Shown: piece by piece, positions 54,993 through 64,000 of the stretch | How positions within the stretch are numbered: position 1 is the first letter of the stretch | Layout of the letters: each line of letters begins with the position of its first letter | DNA from: a bacterium | Lineage (GTDB): Bacteria > Zhuqueibacterota > QNDG01 > DSAB01 | NCBI GenBank assembly: GCA_011388275.1 | Contig: DSAB01000121.1 | Coordinates: 123,579-187,578 of the forward strand | Length of the DNA: 64,000 bases | Direction: 5' to 3' | The notes under the pieces: model-generated | What the model was told of the DNA's origin: nothing | Databases searched by the model: none | The model's input: the letters and a program-made list of their open reading frames with translations, nothing else | Translations under genes and position numbers: made by a program

Positions 54993-57797
54993 ATGCGGTC
55001 ATCCCTTAACATCGTTCTGCTAAATATCTGTTTTGCCGGCGTAACACATGGATTATTACCGGCCATGGCGTTTTCAGCTTCACATGCCGGCACCCGTCAG
55101 GTCGTCATCCCGAATACAGTCAAGACGCTTCCCGATTCCGCCCGAACCGAAGCCGCTTCAGCGCCGGCGGATACGGTTCGCCGTGATATAGACTCGACCC
55201 GTGTCCAACGCCTGTTTCGAACCACGGGACGGCCTGTTGTCGTCCCATCCGATACGTTGCCGCGGGAAAGGACCGACAGCGATCGTGAGATAGAGGGACC
55301 GATTCGCTATGAAGCAGAAAACATACAAAATTTTATGTCCGAAAAGAAAACGATTCTTACGGGAAAGGCTCGGGTCACCTATCAGGACATGGAACTGCGT
55401 GCCGCTCGGATTACTGTAGACTGGGAAAAGGAGAACATGCTTGCCGAGGGGGTTTGGGATTCCGTATGGGTCAAGAGCGAAGAAGATTCTGTCCGGACCG
55501 CTCGATATACCGGAAAGCCGGAGTTCATGGAAGCCGGTGATGTGCTTGTCGGAGAGGTTATGGTCTATGATTTCAGGACCAAAAAGGGACGCGTGCTGCG
55601 CGGCCGCACTCGATACGAGGACGGATATTATTCAGGCGATGTGCTAAAAATGGTTTCTGCCAAAACCGTCAATGTTTCAGGCGCCCGCTATTCGACGTGT
55701 GATCGGGCGGAAAACCCCCATTTTCATTTTCGGGCGAAGAAAATGAAAATCATTGTCAACGATCTGGTGGTGGCCAAGCCCATTGTTCTCTATCTGGGCC
55801 ATATACCGGTTCTGGCGCTCCCGTTCATCTATTTCCCCATTGAGAAGGGCCGTCATTCGGGAATCATTTTGCCGCGTTATGGAGAAAGCACCACCGAAGG
55901 CCGCAGTTTGCGAGGTTTCGGCTATTATTGGGCGGCCAGTGATTACTGGGATGTTAAGGGGACTCTGTCCTATTTTGAACGGAGCGGTTTTCTTTTCAGA
56001 GGCGATCTGAATTACCATGTCCGTTATCATTTGAGGGGCTCTGTTTCCGGCAGCTGGACCCACAAAGATTTTGAATATGCCGATGTCTCTCAAAGGGTCT
56101 GGGATCTCACCGTCAATCATGATCAAACCCTGTCTCCTACCATGGCATTGCGGGCGAGCGGCACCTTTCTCGGGGGAAATCAGTATTACCGGAATTACAG
56201 TGCCAATCGGGAACAGCGGCTTCAGCGCGAATTGCGGTCCAACGCCACACTGACTAAAGATTTCGGCCGCGGCCGCAGCGTGACCATGAATTTCAATCAA
56301 ACCCGGGATCTGGAGACCGATGAGATCCGGGAAACCCTGCCCCGCATTAATTTTCGTATTGGACGATTCAGTCTGATTCCCAAGCCGCAGGCGGAAAGGG
56401 GAAAACCCGCTGAAACCCGGTGGTATCACAACATCTATGTCAATTACAGTTCCGACGCCGTGGCGGAACGCCGCAGGGATCGAATGATTGAATCCGATTA
56501 TGATTTTGAAACCGGCATCACCGATACGGATACGGTTTATGTGAAAGACCGCAACGCGGGCTGGAATCACAATATCGGCATCAGCGGGTCTCAGAAGGCG
56601 TTCGGGTGGCTGTCGATGAATTCCGGTTTCAATATGGTAGAAACCTGGTATACTCAGCGAAATAATTATTTTCTCGATGAAGAAACCAATCGGGTGGAAT
56701 CCGGGATTGAAAAAGGATTTTTCGCTCGAAGAACCTACAATATGAACCTTTCTTTCAGTACGAAGCTGTACGGCCTGTTTCGTCCGCGTTTCTTCAAATC
56801 CGTGCAGCTTCGGCATGTCGTAACCCCTTCTGTAAATTTCGGCTACAGGCCGGATTTTACCAGGTCTTCATTTGGTTACTATCAGACAATAACGGATACA
56901 ACGGGTAAAACCTATTTGAGAGACCGGTTTTCCGGAGGACTTTTTGGGGGCACACCCACAGGCGGCCAGGAATCCATGAGCATCAGCGTTCAGAATCTGT
57001 TCCAAATGAAAATCGGTGAGGGAAAAGAGGCGAAAAAATTCGATCTTTTCAACTGGAGCCTGGGAACTTCCTACAATTGGAAGGCCGATCAATTCCGTCT
57101 GGGTTATTTATCATCGAGTGTCAGGGCCAATCCATCGCGGGATCTCAATTTGTCTCTGCAATCGACGTATGATTTCTATCGGCTGGACAAAGACAACAAG
57201 CGCGTTGAAAGGCTTTATATCAACCGGCTCTCTCTTTCCGATCCGTGGTCTTTATTTGACAGCCGCTGGCTGAGGCTTACCAATATCAACGCCAATATGA
57301 CCGTGCGGCTGAGAGGGACGCTCCGTACAGGCGGTACGGCCTCGGCGGTGTTGCCTGGAGAGGAGATCGGTCCTCTGGGCGGGCTGCAGAAGATTGCCGG
57401 GGACCGCCTGGATGACATGATGCCTATGGGGATGTCCACCGACAGCCGCTGGGATCTCAATGGCACGGTCAGTTATATGCAGAACCGCACCAACCCCTCG
57501 AATCCGGTCAGGAGATTCTGGGCCAATGCCAATCTGAATATAAATCTGACAAAAAACTGGCGGATCACGCTTCAGACCCGGTATGATATCGAGGAAAAGG
57601 AGTTTGTCAGTCAGGACTTTATCTTCTACCGGGATCTGCACTGCTGGGAGGCCCAGATATACTGGACACCTTTGGGCACCTACAAGCGTTTCTATTTTCG
57701 CATCAATGTCAAGTCGCCTCAGCTGAAGGATCTCAAATTTGAAAAGGGAACGGGCCGGACCGGCCTGGTCGGGTCGGGTCTGTCATCCATGTACTGA
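54993..57797 (+). CDS. LptD/OstA-like outer-membrane protein
   Basis: Signal-like N-terminus, an OstA/LptA-type N-terminal jellyroll (ILTGKARVTYQDMELRAARITVDWEKENMLAEG), and a long beta-rich C-terminal region ending in aromatic residues. Start trimmed to an internal Met. Confidence 0.55.
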   Translation: MRSSLNIVLLNICFAGVTHGLLPAMAFSASHAGTRQVVIPNTVKTLPDSARTEAASAPADTVRRDIDSTRVQRLFRTTGRPVVVPSDTLPRERTDSDREIEGPIRYEAENIQNFMSEKKTILTGKARVTYQDMELRAARITVDWEKENMLAEGVWDSVWVKSEEDSVRTARYTGKPEFMEAGDVLVGEVMVYDFRTKKGRVLRGRTRYEDGYYSGDVLKMVSAKTVNVSGARYSTCDRAENPHFHFRAKKMKIIVNDLVVAKPIVLYLGHIPVLALPFIYFPIEKGRHSGIILPRYGESTTEGRSLRGFGYYWAASDYWDVKGTLSYFERSGFLFRGDLNYHVRYHLRGSVSGSWTHKDFEYADVSQRVWDLTVNHDQTLSPTMALRASGTFLGGNQYYRNYSANREQRLQRELRSNATLTKDFGRGRSVTMNFNQTRDLETDEIRETLPRINFRIGRFSLIPKPQAERGKPAETRWYHNIYVNYSSDAVAERRRDRMIESDYDFETGITDTDTVYVKDRNAGWNHNIGISGSQKAFGWLSMNSGFNMVETWYTQRNNYFLDEETNRVESGIEKGFFARRTYNMNLSFSTKLYGLFRPRFFKSVQLRHVVTPSVNFGYRPDFTRSSFGYYQTITDTTGKTYLRDRFSGGLFGGTPTGGQESMSISVQNLFQMKIGEGKEAKKFDLFNWSLGTSYNWKADQFRLGYLSSSVRANPSRDLNLSLQSTYDFYRLDKDNKRVERLYINRLSLSDPWSLFDSRWLRLTNINANMTVRLRGTLRTGGTASAVLPGEEIGPLGGLQKIAGDRLDDMMPMGMSTDSRWDLNGTVSYMQNRTNPSNPVRRFWANANLNINLTKNWRITLQTRYDIEEKEFVSQDFIFYRDLHCWEAQIYWTPLGTYKRFYFRINVKSPQLKDLKFEKGTGRTGLVGSGLSSMY

Positions 57798-57870
57798 GAG
57801 ACATCGGCTGAGACGCCGGTATTCTTGAGGACGGAATGCGTTTTTCTCGTGTATATTTTCCGGAGTATCA

Positions 57871-58974
57871 ATGAATGAGGACAAAAAAACCGTGGCGATC
57901 CTTTTCGGTGGCCGTTCCACGGAGCATGAAGTTTCGCTGAAATCCGCGTGGGGAATTCTGAACCATATGAACCGGCGGAAATACAGGGCTGTTTTGATTA
58001 AGATCTCCAGGCACGGCCGATGGATGTTTTTAGGCGATATCGAAAAGTACAGTGGTGTCGAAGATCTGGAAAAAGCCGAAGGCCCCATCGCCGTCACCGG
58101 CGATCCCCATTTCAAGGGATTCATGGTTCTGGACGGAGCCGTCCAAAAGCCTCTGAAAGTGGATGTCGTCTTCCCAGTGCTTCACGGGCGGCACGGTGAA
58201 GACGGAACAGTTCAGGGTCTCATGAGCCTGGCGGGTCTTCCCTGTGTGGGTGCGGGGGTTTTGGCGTCGGCTCTGGGAATGGACAAAATCATGATGAAGC
58301 AGATGTTTTTCCAAAACGATATTCGGGCGGTGGATTTCATGTGGTTTTTAAGAAAAGACTGGGAGAGCAGGCAAAAACGAAAGGAGATTCAGGAGGGAAT
58401 CGCCAGGGAGATCGGTTATCCCTGTTTCGTGAAACCGGCGAATACGGGTTCCAGCGTGGGCATATTCAAGGTTCACGAGGAAGATGAGCTTGCCGATTGT
58501 GTGGCTGAATCGGTCGTATTCGACCGAAAGATTCTTGTGGAAAAAGCTGTCGACGCCCGGGAGCTGGAATGCGCGGTGCTGGGCAATGACGAACCGCGGG
58601 CCTCGGTTGTTGGGGAGATCATTCCGGCCAATGAGTTTTATGATTATGAGGCCAAATACTATGATGACCGAAGCCGCATCGTCATCCCGGCAAAGGTGGA
58701 TGCATCCGTCAGCGAAGCCGTCCGCCTGATGGCGGTGCGGGTTTTCAAGGTGCTTGATTGTGCCGGCATGGGGAGGGTGGACTTTCTCCTTGACCGGAAG
58801 AGCGGCGGTCTCTATGTCAATGAGATCAATACGCTGCCGGGTTTTACGCCCATCAGCATGTACCCCAAATTGTGGGAGGCCACCGGTATTTCCTTTGAAG
58901 CACTGATTGACCGGCTGCTGGAACTGGCTTTCGAAAGACAGGCCGATCTGGCCGGGTCCCGGTCGGTCCGCTGA
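57871..58974 (+). CDS. ddl: D-alanine--D-alanine ligase
   Basis: VAILFGGRSTEHEVSL N-terminus, ATP-grasp blocks (PCFVKPANTGSSVGI, GRVDFLLD...LYVNEINTLPGFT). Confidence 0.85.
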   Translation: MNEDKKTVAILFGGRSTEHEVSLKSAWGILNHMNRRKYRAVLIKISRHGRWMFLGDIEKYSGVEDLEKAEGPIAVTGDPHFKGFMVLDGAVQKPLKVDVVFPVLHGRHGEDGTVQGLMSLAGLPCVGAGVLASALGMDKIMMKQMFFQNDIRAVDFMWFLRKDWESRQKRKEIQEGIAREIGYPCFVKPANTGSSVGIFKVHEEDELADCVAESVVFDRKILVEKAVDARELECAVLGNDEPRASVVGEIIPANEFYDYEAKYYDDRSRIVIPAKVDASVSEAVRLMAVRVFKVLDCAGMGRVDFLLDRKSGGLYVNEINTLPGFTPISMYPKLWEATGISFEALIDRLLELAFERQADLAGSRSVR

Positions 58975-59036
58975 ACTTCGCGATGGCCGTAAAGACACCA
59001 AAGGGTGAAAAATAATCCGTCAAAGGGAAAAGAGAT

Positions 59037-59822
59037 ATGATTGAGATGAAAGCTTTGACGCGGCGATTCGGGGCTACCACGGCTGTAAACGGCGTTGACC
59101 TTTTTGTGCCGCCGGGTCAGATTCTGGGATATCTGGGACCCAACGGAGCCGGAAAAACCACAACCGTCAAGATGCTGACAGGGATGCTGGAACCCAGCGG
59201 AGGATCCGCAACCGTGGCCGGATATGATATCCGCCGTCAATCGCTTGATGTGAAGCGAAATATCGGTTATGTGCCTGAATCGGGGGCCCTCTATCAGAGC
59301 CTGACGCCTTTTGAATATCTTCAGTTCGTGGGGCAATTATACGCCATGGACGAGAAACGCATCGGAAGACGAATCGAGGAGTTCGGAGAATTTTTTGAGC
59401 TGCAGAATCATCTGCAGCAGACCATGGACAGTTTTTCCAAGGGGATGAAACAGAAGGTGGTCATCGCGTCCGCTCTGATGCACAATCCTCAGGTGCTTTT
59501 CCTGGACGAGCCTCTGAACGGGTTGGATGCCAACGCCGCGCTGCTCCTGAAAAAGATTATGCGCAATCTGGCCGACGAGGGCAAGACTATTTTTTACTGT
59601 TCACATATCCTGGAGGTGGTTGAGAGTCTGTGCGACCGCGTGGTGATCATCCATAAAGGAAAAGTCGCGGCCGACGGTTCAGTGAAGGAATTGAAAACCA
59701 TGAATCAGCGGTCCTCTCTGGAGGAGGTTTTCAGCCGGCTTACTCGCAGTGAGGATCTCGGAGAGCTGGCGCGGGCGTTTTCCCGAAGAATAACGTCAGA
59801 GTCGAAAGAGGAAGACGAATGA
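59037..59822 (+). CDS. ABC transporter ATP-binding protein
   Basis: GPNGAGKTT Walker A, LSGGMKQK-like signature (FSKGMKQKVVIA), and LFLDEP Walker B. Confidence 0.85.
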   Translation: MIEMKALTRRFGATTAVNGVDLFVPPGQILGYLGPNGAGKTTTVKMLTGMLEPSGGSATVAGYDIRRQSLDVKRNIGYVPESGALYQSLTPFEYLQFVGQLYAMDEKRIGRRIEEFGEFFELQNHLQQTMDSFSKGMKQKVVIASALMHNPQVLFLDEPLNGLDANAALLLKKIMRNLADEGKTIFYCSHILEVVESLCDRVVIIHKGKVAADGSVKELKTMNQRSSLEEVFSRLTRSEDLGELARAFSRRITSESKEEDE

Positions 59823-61441
59823 TCCTGAGCGGACCGCAGAAGAACAGGGCGGATAAAAAACAGCTGATCATCCTGTTAAAGAACAGCCTGCGTCTGGATT
59901 TTCGCGGGCGGCGTCCGTCTGCCCGGTCGTCCCGGGTTTCTCCCCTGGTCATGACTATGGTTTTTTATGGAATCATGGGATTATCGGTTTCGGCAACTCT
60001 GGTCACCGACGCCTCACCTTTTATGTATTCTCTGCTGCTCCTGTCGTACTCCATGGTGATGATGGTTTTTGCCGTGATTCTGGAGTTCGGTCATTCCATT
60101 ATCCATCCGGATGACAAAGAAATTCTGGGGTTTCGGCCTGTCTCATCCAGGACCTATTTTCTTTCCCGCCTGGGGAATATCCTGATTTTCGTTGCGATGA
60201 CGGGTTCAGCTCTCACCTTGCTTCCATCGCTGGTCGGGCTGGGTCTCGGAGTCAAATGGATGTTCGTTCCGGTCTTCTACGGAGTCTCTCTTCTGGGCAA
60301 TCTGGCCGGTGCCGCCATGGTCGTTCTTTTTTACACCACCCTGCTTCGCCTTGTTCCTTACAGACGTTTTCAGAATGTCCTGGCTGGTGCGCAGATCGCC
60401 TTTGCCTTTTTGGTCTTCTTTTCCTATCAGCTTATTCCCAGACTCGGCCGTGAATTTCTCAATGCCGGTCCGGAGATAAAAACGTGGCTGTATGTGTGGC
60501 CCCCTGCCTGGTTTTCGGCGATGATTCAGGTTTTTATGGGGAATCATAATCCCGATTATTGGATTCTTTCGAGTCTGGCCGTCGGCCTGACGACATTTCT
60601 TTTCGTAGTTGCGTTTCGAAGGATTTCCATGCAGTATGCTTCCCTGATATCCAGTATGCAGCAGGGAGATGTGTCCGACGATGAACCGGAAAGGCTGAAA
60701 GAGTCGGTTTTCCGCATTCAGGAGGGACGTTTGCTGAATCGGTTTCGCCACCCGGAAGTTCAGGCGGGTTACTTCATCGCCGTGCGCATGCTGAAAAGAG
60801 ATCGATCGGTGAAAATGGGTGTTTATCCGATTTTGGGCATGCCCCTGGCTTTTTTTGCGTTGACTATTCTGGATGGAGGGTTGGCCAATCCGTTTTCGGG
60901 CGGTGTTGTCGGAACCACCCGTATCGGAATCATGATGCTTTTTTTTGTCATGGCTGTGGTTGTCATGGGAATGATCTACAGTCAGGAATGGGAAGCTTCA
61001 TGGATCTTTCATGTGAGTCCGTTGCGTTCCCCGGGTCATTTGATTCAGGGAGTCAAACTGGCTGTGCTCTTCCGCGTCGTGATTCCTCTTTATATCCTGA
61101 TCGGAGTTGTTTACAGTACTCAGATTCCGCTGCTGGATGCCTGGCTTTATACCGGTTCTCTGCTGATCGAAGGACTGGTTGTGTTCTCTGCGGTTTCACT
61201 GGCCATCAAATCATTTCCGTTTAGTCAGCCAAGAGAGAGGGGGGAACGAACCAGGCGAATCACCGTTTTACTATTGGTCGTGCCGCTTTTAGGAATGATC
61301 ATTCTCATTCAGCACTTTGTGAGCCGGTCTTTCCGGGCCTGGGTTTTGATGCATGCGGGGCTGGTTTTGATGGCCTTTGTTATTGAGCGGGGTGCTTTGA
61401 AGCGCCTGAACCGCGTTCTGAGAACCGTCGATCCGGTCTGA
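59819..61441 (+). CDS. large polytopic ABC-2-type permease-like membrane protein
   Basis: 540 aa with about 12 hydrophobic helices in two halves. ATGA overlap with the ABC ATPase stop. No specific family recognised. Confidence 0.55.
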   Translation: MILSGPQKNRADKKQLIILLKNSLRLDFRGRRPSARSSRVSPLVMTMVFYGIMGLSVSATLVTDASPFMYSLLLLSYSMVMMVFAVILEFGHSIIHPDDKEILGFRPVSSRTYFLSRLGNILIFVAMTGSALTLLPSLVGLGLGVKWMFVPVFYGVSLLGNLAGAAMVVLFYTTLLRLVPYRRFQNVLAGAQIAFAFLVFFSYQLIPRLGREFLNAGPEIKTWLYVWPPAWFSAMIQVFMGNHNPDYWILSSLAVGLTTFLFVVAFRRISMQYASLISSMQQGDVSDDEPERLKESVFRIQEGRLLNRFRHPEVQAGYFIAVRMLKRDRSVKMGVYPILGMPLAFFALTILDGGLANPFSGGVVGTTRIGIMMLFFVMAVVVMGMIYSQEWEASWIFHVSPLRSPGHLIQGVKLAVLFRVVIPLYILIGVVYSTQIPLLDAWLYTGSLLIEGLVVFSAVSLAIKSFPFSQPRERGERTRRITVLLLVVPLLGMIILIQHFVSRSFRAWVLMHAGLVLMAFVIERGALKRLNRVLRTVDPV

Positions 61442-61554
61442 ACCCAAATACTCATATAAAACAGTGTGCTCTGCCGATTCAATGTCTGTGACCGGAACAA
61501 GATATGTTTGGCTCTGATGCGGACACACAGGGACAAACAGGAAAGGATTGTTCG

Positions 61555-63249
61555 ATGCAGAACCGATTTTTCATGGCCATCGGGTGGTTTGTTGTTCTGA
61601 TAACAGGGGGTTGCCGGCAGCCCATTCCCAGGGCGGATCTGATCCTTGTTAACGGCACTTTTTTTACCGTAAACCGGCAAAGGCCTCTGGTACAGGCCGT
61701 GGCTGTCAAAGGGGGACGAATTCTTGCCGTCGGAACCCGGGAGGAGATTCTCATCCACCGCAATGAAAACACCGTTATTTTGGATGTAGAGGGAAAATTC
61801 GGCTGCCCGGGATTCAACGATGCGCACGTGCATCTTTTAAAGGGAGCCTTGCAGGGCATTGACCTGGATCTTCGAGGAGTCCGCACGCATCGTGAGTTGC
61901 AGCGCATGGTTCTTGCAAGGGCACGAGCCCTGCCTGCCGGGGGTTGGATTGTGGGCAGGGGATGGGACCAGAGCATAATGCCTGACAGTGAATTTCCTTC
62001 CCGGCGTGTTTTGGATGCCGTGGCCCCCGGGGTTCCTGTCTATCTGGAACGAATATGCGGTCAGGCGGCTCTTGTAAACGGGCTGGCTTTAAGAATCGCC
62101 GGAATAACCACGGAAACACCCGACCCCGCATCCGGGCAAATAGTCAAAGACTCTCACACCGGCCATCCTACGGGAATATTGAAGAACGATGCCATGCTGC
62201 TGGTTTCCCAGTATATACCCGAGCCTGATCCGGAAATTCTTCAAAAGGCGATTGTCAACATTCTGGACAAAGCCGTTGGTTATGGTCTGACCAGTCTGCA
62301 GGATGATTCAGGCGAAAAGATGCTGCCGGTTTTGGATAAGCTGCGTGAGGAGGGGCGTCTGCCGGTCCGAATCATGCAGAAACTGCTTTTAAGTCATGAT
62401 GTTCGGTCAGCCCGGCAACTCCGGCAGAAATATCAGGGGCCCATGTTGCGGACCGGATGGCTCACCCGGCAGCTGGATGGAAGCATGGGGGCGAGAAGCG
62501 CGGCATTTTTTCAATCCTACCACGATCAGCCGGATAACCGGGGAATCGTTCTGATGAACCAGGAGGAGCTTGACCGAATGGCGTTGAAAGCGGATGCCGA
62601 AGGCTTTCATCTGTGTCTGGAAGCAGTCGGTGACAGAGCCAATTTTATGGCTCTGAACAGCCTTCGAATCTGTCAGGTAATCAACGGACGGAGAGACAGC
62701 CGCCATCGTATCGAACATGCTCAGATTCTCCACAAGGAAGATGTTTCCCGTTTCGGCGAACTGTCTGTGGTGGCTTCCATGCAGCCGGCTCATCTGATCG
62801 ATGATTTGAGATGGGCACAGGCGATGCTCGGTCCGGGGCGAACCCGTTTTGCCTATGCCTGGAAATCCCTGAAAGAAGCTGGAGCGGTTCTGGCTTTCGG
62901 AACGGACTGGCCGGTGGTTCCGATGAATCCCATGCTGGGACTGTATGCGGCAGTAACCCGAAAAGATACGACCGGATATCCTTCAGACGGATGGTTTCCT
63001 AAAGAAAGAATCTCCATGGAGGAAGCCCTGGAGGCCTACACGCTGGGATCGGCCTATGCCGAAGGACAGGAAAACGAGAAAGGATCGCTGGAACCGGGCA
63101 AGTGGGCCGATATCGTTATTCTAAACCAAAATCTTCTTGAGATTATGTCGAAAGAGGTGCTGAACACCGAAGTGGAAATCACACTGGTCGGAGGAAAGAT
63201 CGTGTACAGGCGTCAGAATGAGGATTCGGTTCCTGTCCAACAGGAGTGA
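61555..63249 (+). CDS. amidohydrolase-family metal-dependent hydrolase, probable lipoprotein
   Basis: MQNRFFMAIGWFVVLITGGC signal plus lipobox Cys. GFNDAHVHL (the HxH metal motif) and later GTDWPV (metal Asp) typical of Amidohydro_3 enzymes. Confidence 0.7.
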   Translation: MQNRFFMAIGWFVVLITGGCRQPIPRADLILVNGTFFTVNRQRPLVQAVAVKGGRILAVGTREEILIHRNENTVILDVEGKFGCPGFNDAHVHLLKGALQGIDLDLRGVRTHRELQRMVLARARALPAGGWIVGRGWDQSIMPDSEFPSRRVLDAVAPGVPVYLERICGQAALVNGLALRIAGITTETPDPASGQIVKDSHTGHPTGILKNDAMLLVSQYIPEPDPEILQKAIVNILDKAVGYGLTSLQDDSGEKMLPVLDKLREEGRLPVRIMQKLLLSHDVRSARQLRQKYQGPMLRTGWLTRQLDGSMGARSAAFFQSYHDQPDNRGIVLMNQEELDRMALKADAEGFHLCLEAVGDRANFMALNSLRICQVINGRRDSRHRIEHAQILHKEDVSRFGELSVVASMQPAHLIDDLRWAQAMLGPGRTRFAYAWKSLKEAGAVLAFGTDWPVVPMNPMLGLYAAVTRKDTTGYPSDGWFPKERISMEEALEAYTLGSAYAEGQENEKGSLEPGKWADIVILNQNLLEIMSKEVLNTEVEITLVGGKIVYRRQNEDSVPVQQE

Positions 63250-63400
63250 GAGCCGGCTGATCAGAAAATGAAAAACTTCCTCTTTTTTTCAAAGATGAAA
63301 TTGCTTATATTACAATTTACATGTTAATGAATTCAAGTCGTTGTATGGTTGGTTTTTAACCGGCGGAGTCCTTCAATTCCAAGTGTAAAGGAGATTCATC

Positions 63401-64000
63401 ATGGCAAATGGTTTTTTCAATGTTCCCAAACCGCAGAACGAACCTATTCTGTCCTATGGTCCCGGAAGTCCGGAGAAAAAGTCTCTCAAGGCGAAGCTGT
63501 CTGAAATGAAGAGCCGGCAGATAGAGATTCCCGTCATCATCGGAGGAGAAGAGGTGAAGACAGGAAGTCTGGCGGATTGCCGGTGTCCCCATGATCATGG
63601 GCACCTTCTGGGCCAATACCACAAAGTGTCTGAGAAAGAAGTGGATATGGCGATCGATGCCGCCATGAAAGCCTGGCCGGCCTGGTCGACCATGCCCTGG
63701 GAAGACCGCGCCGCGATCTTTCTGAAGGCGGCCGATCTGCTCGCCGGGCCTTACCGGGATGTTGTCAACGCGGCCAACATGCTGTGTGCCAGCAAGACGG
63801 CTTTTCAGGCGGAGATCGATTCGGCTTGTGAGCTGATCGATTTTTACCGGTTTAATCCCTATTATATGCAGCAGATATACATGCAGCAGCCCGAGTCGTC
63901 CAGGGCCTGCTGGAATTATGTGGAACAGCGTCCTCTCGAAGGATTCATCTTTGCGGTTACACCGTTTAATTTCGCGTCCATTGCCGGCAACCTGCCGACC
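63401..64000 (+). CDS. 1-pyrroline-5-carboxylate (L-glutamate-gamma-semialdehyde) dehydrogenase, N-terminal part (partial at window end)
   Basis: MANGFFNVPKPQNEPILSYGPGSPEKKSL...IFLKAADLLAGPYRD...QAEIDSACELIDFYRFN...EGFIFAVTPFNFASIAGNL closely parallels the ALDH4A1/PruA-type P5CDH N-terminus. AGGAG RBS. Runs off the window, so it is not in the ORF track. Confidence 0.7.
   Translation, partial: MANGFFNVPKPQNEPILSYGPGSPEKKSLKAKLSEMKSRQIEIPVIIGGEEVKTGSLADCRCPHDHGHLLGQYHKVSEKEVDMAIDAAMKAWPAWSTMPWEDRAAIFLKAADLLAGPYRDVVNAANMLCASKTAFQAEIDSACELIDFYRFNPYYMQQIYMQQPESSRACWNYVEQRPLEGFIFAVTPFNFASIAGNLPT

Overview
The window is GC-rich and densely coding, and looks like a diderm (Gram-negative) chromosomal segment of uncertain phylum. 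Tat signals, Gfo/Idh/MocA proteins, a Reg_prop propeller and an LptD-like protein suggest an FCB- or PVC-like lineage, but that is a guess. Content from left to right: (1) a minus-strand glycosidase pair, a GH38 alpha-mannosidase N-terminus that runs off the window start and a GH15-like six-hairpin hydrolase, followed by a MATE exporter. (2) A roughly 16 kb co-directional Wzx/Wzy-type surface-polysaccharide locus at 4456..20607: RmlC-like cupin, RfbB, nucleotide-sugar dehydrogenase, Wza-like exporter, Wzz-like co-polymerase, MurJ-type flippase, Wzy-like polymerase, AsnB-like amidotransferase, 2x GT4, a membrane GT2, a priming phosphotransferase and a DegT aminotransferase, then serS. (3) A methyltransferase, a hybrid histidine kinase and a small alpha+beta protein, followed by hypA-hypB with no hydrogenase in the window. 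(4) fba, a HAD phosphatase and a ferredoxin. (5) A roughly 11 kb minus-strand catabolic locus at 31384..42782: Tat-exported class V PLP enzyme, glycosidase-like protein, DUF2271-like secreted protein, Tat-exported Gfo/Idh/MocA oxidoreductase, SSS symporter plus a coupled mini-ORF, GalK-family kinase, secreted S9 peptidase and HpcH aldolase. (6) A second long SSS transporter, an HDAC-like amidohydrolase, PNP, a lipid kinase, a methyltransferase, a secreted beta-propeller, a metallophosphoesterase with a YiiX-like partner, rarA, a ROK kinase, an LptD-like outer-membrane protein, ddl, an ABC ATPase plus large permease, an amidohydrolase lipoprotein, and a partial P5C dehydrogenase at the window end. 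I saw no rRNA, tRNA, CRISPR array, transposase or integrase. I found no single obviously novel system. The most unusual items are the AsnB-like enzyme lacking its nucleophile Cys, the orphan hypAB pair, a Tat-exported PLP enzyme inside a glycoconjugate-utilisation-like locus, a 777-aa uncharacterised protein with a ferredoxin, a YiiX-like/metallophosphoesterase pair, and two apparently leaderless promoters. The ORF track uses TTG and other alternative starts, so many track starts are N-terminally over-extended; I trimmed these where the sequence supports it.
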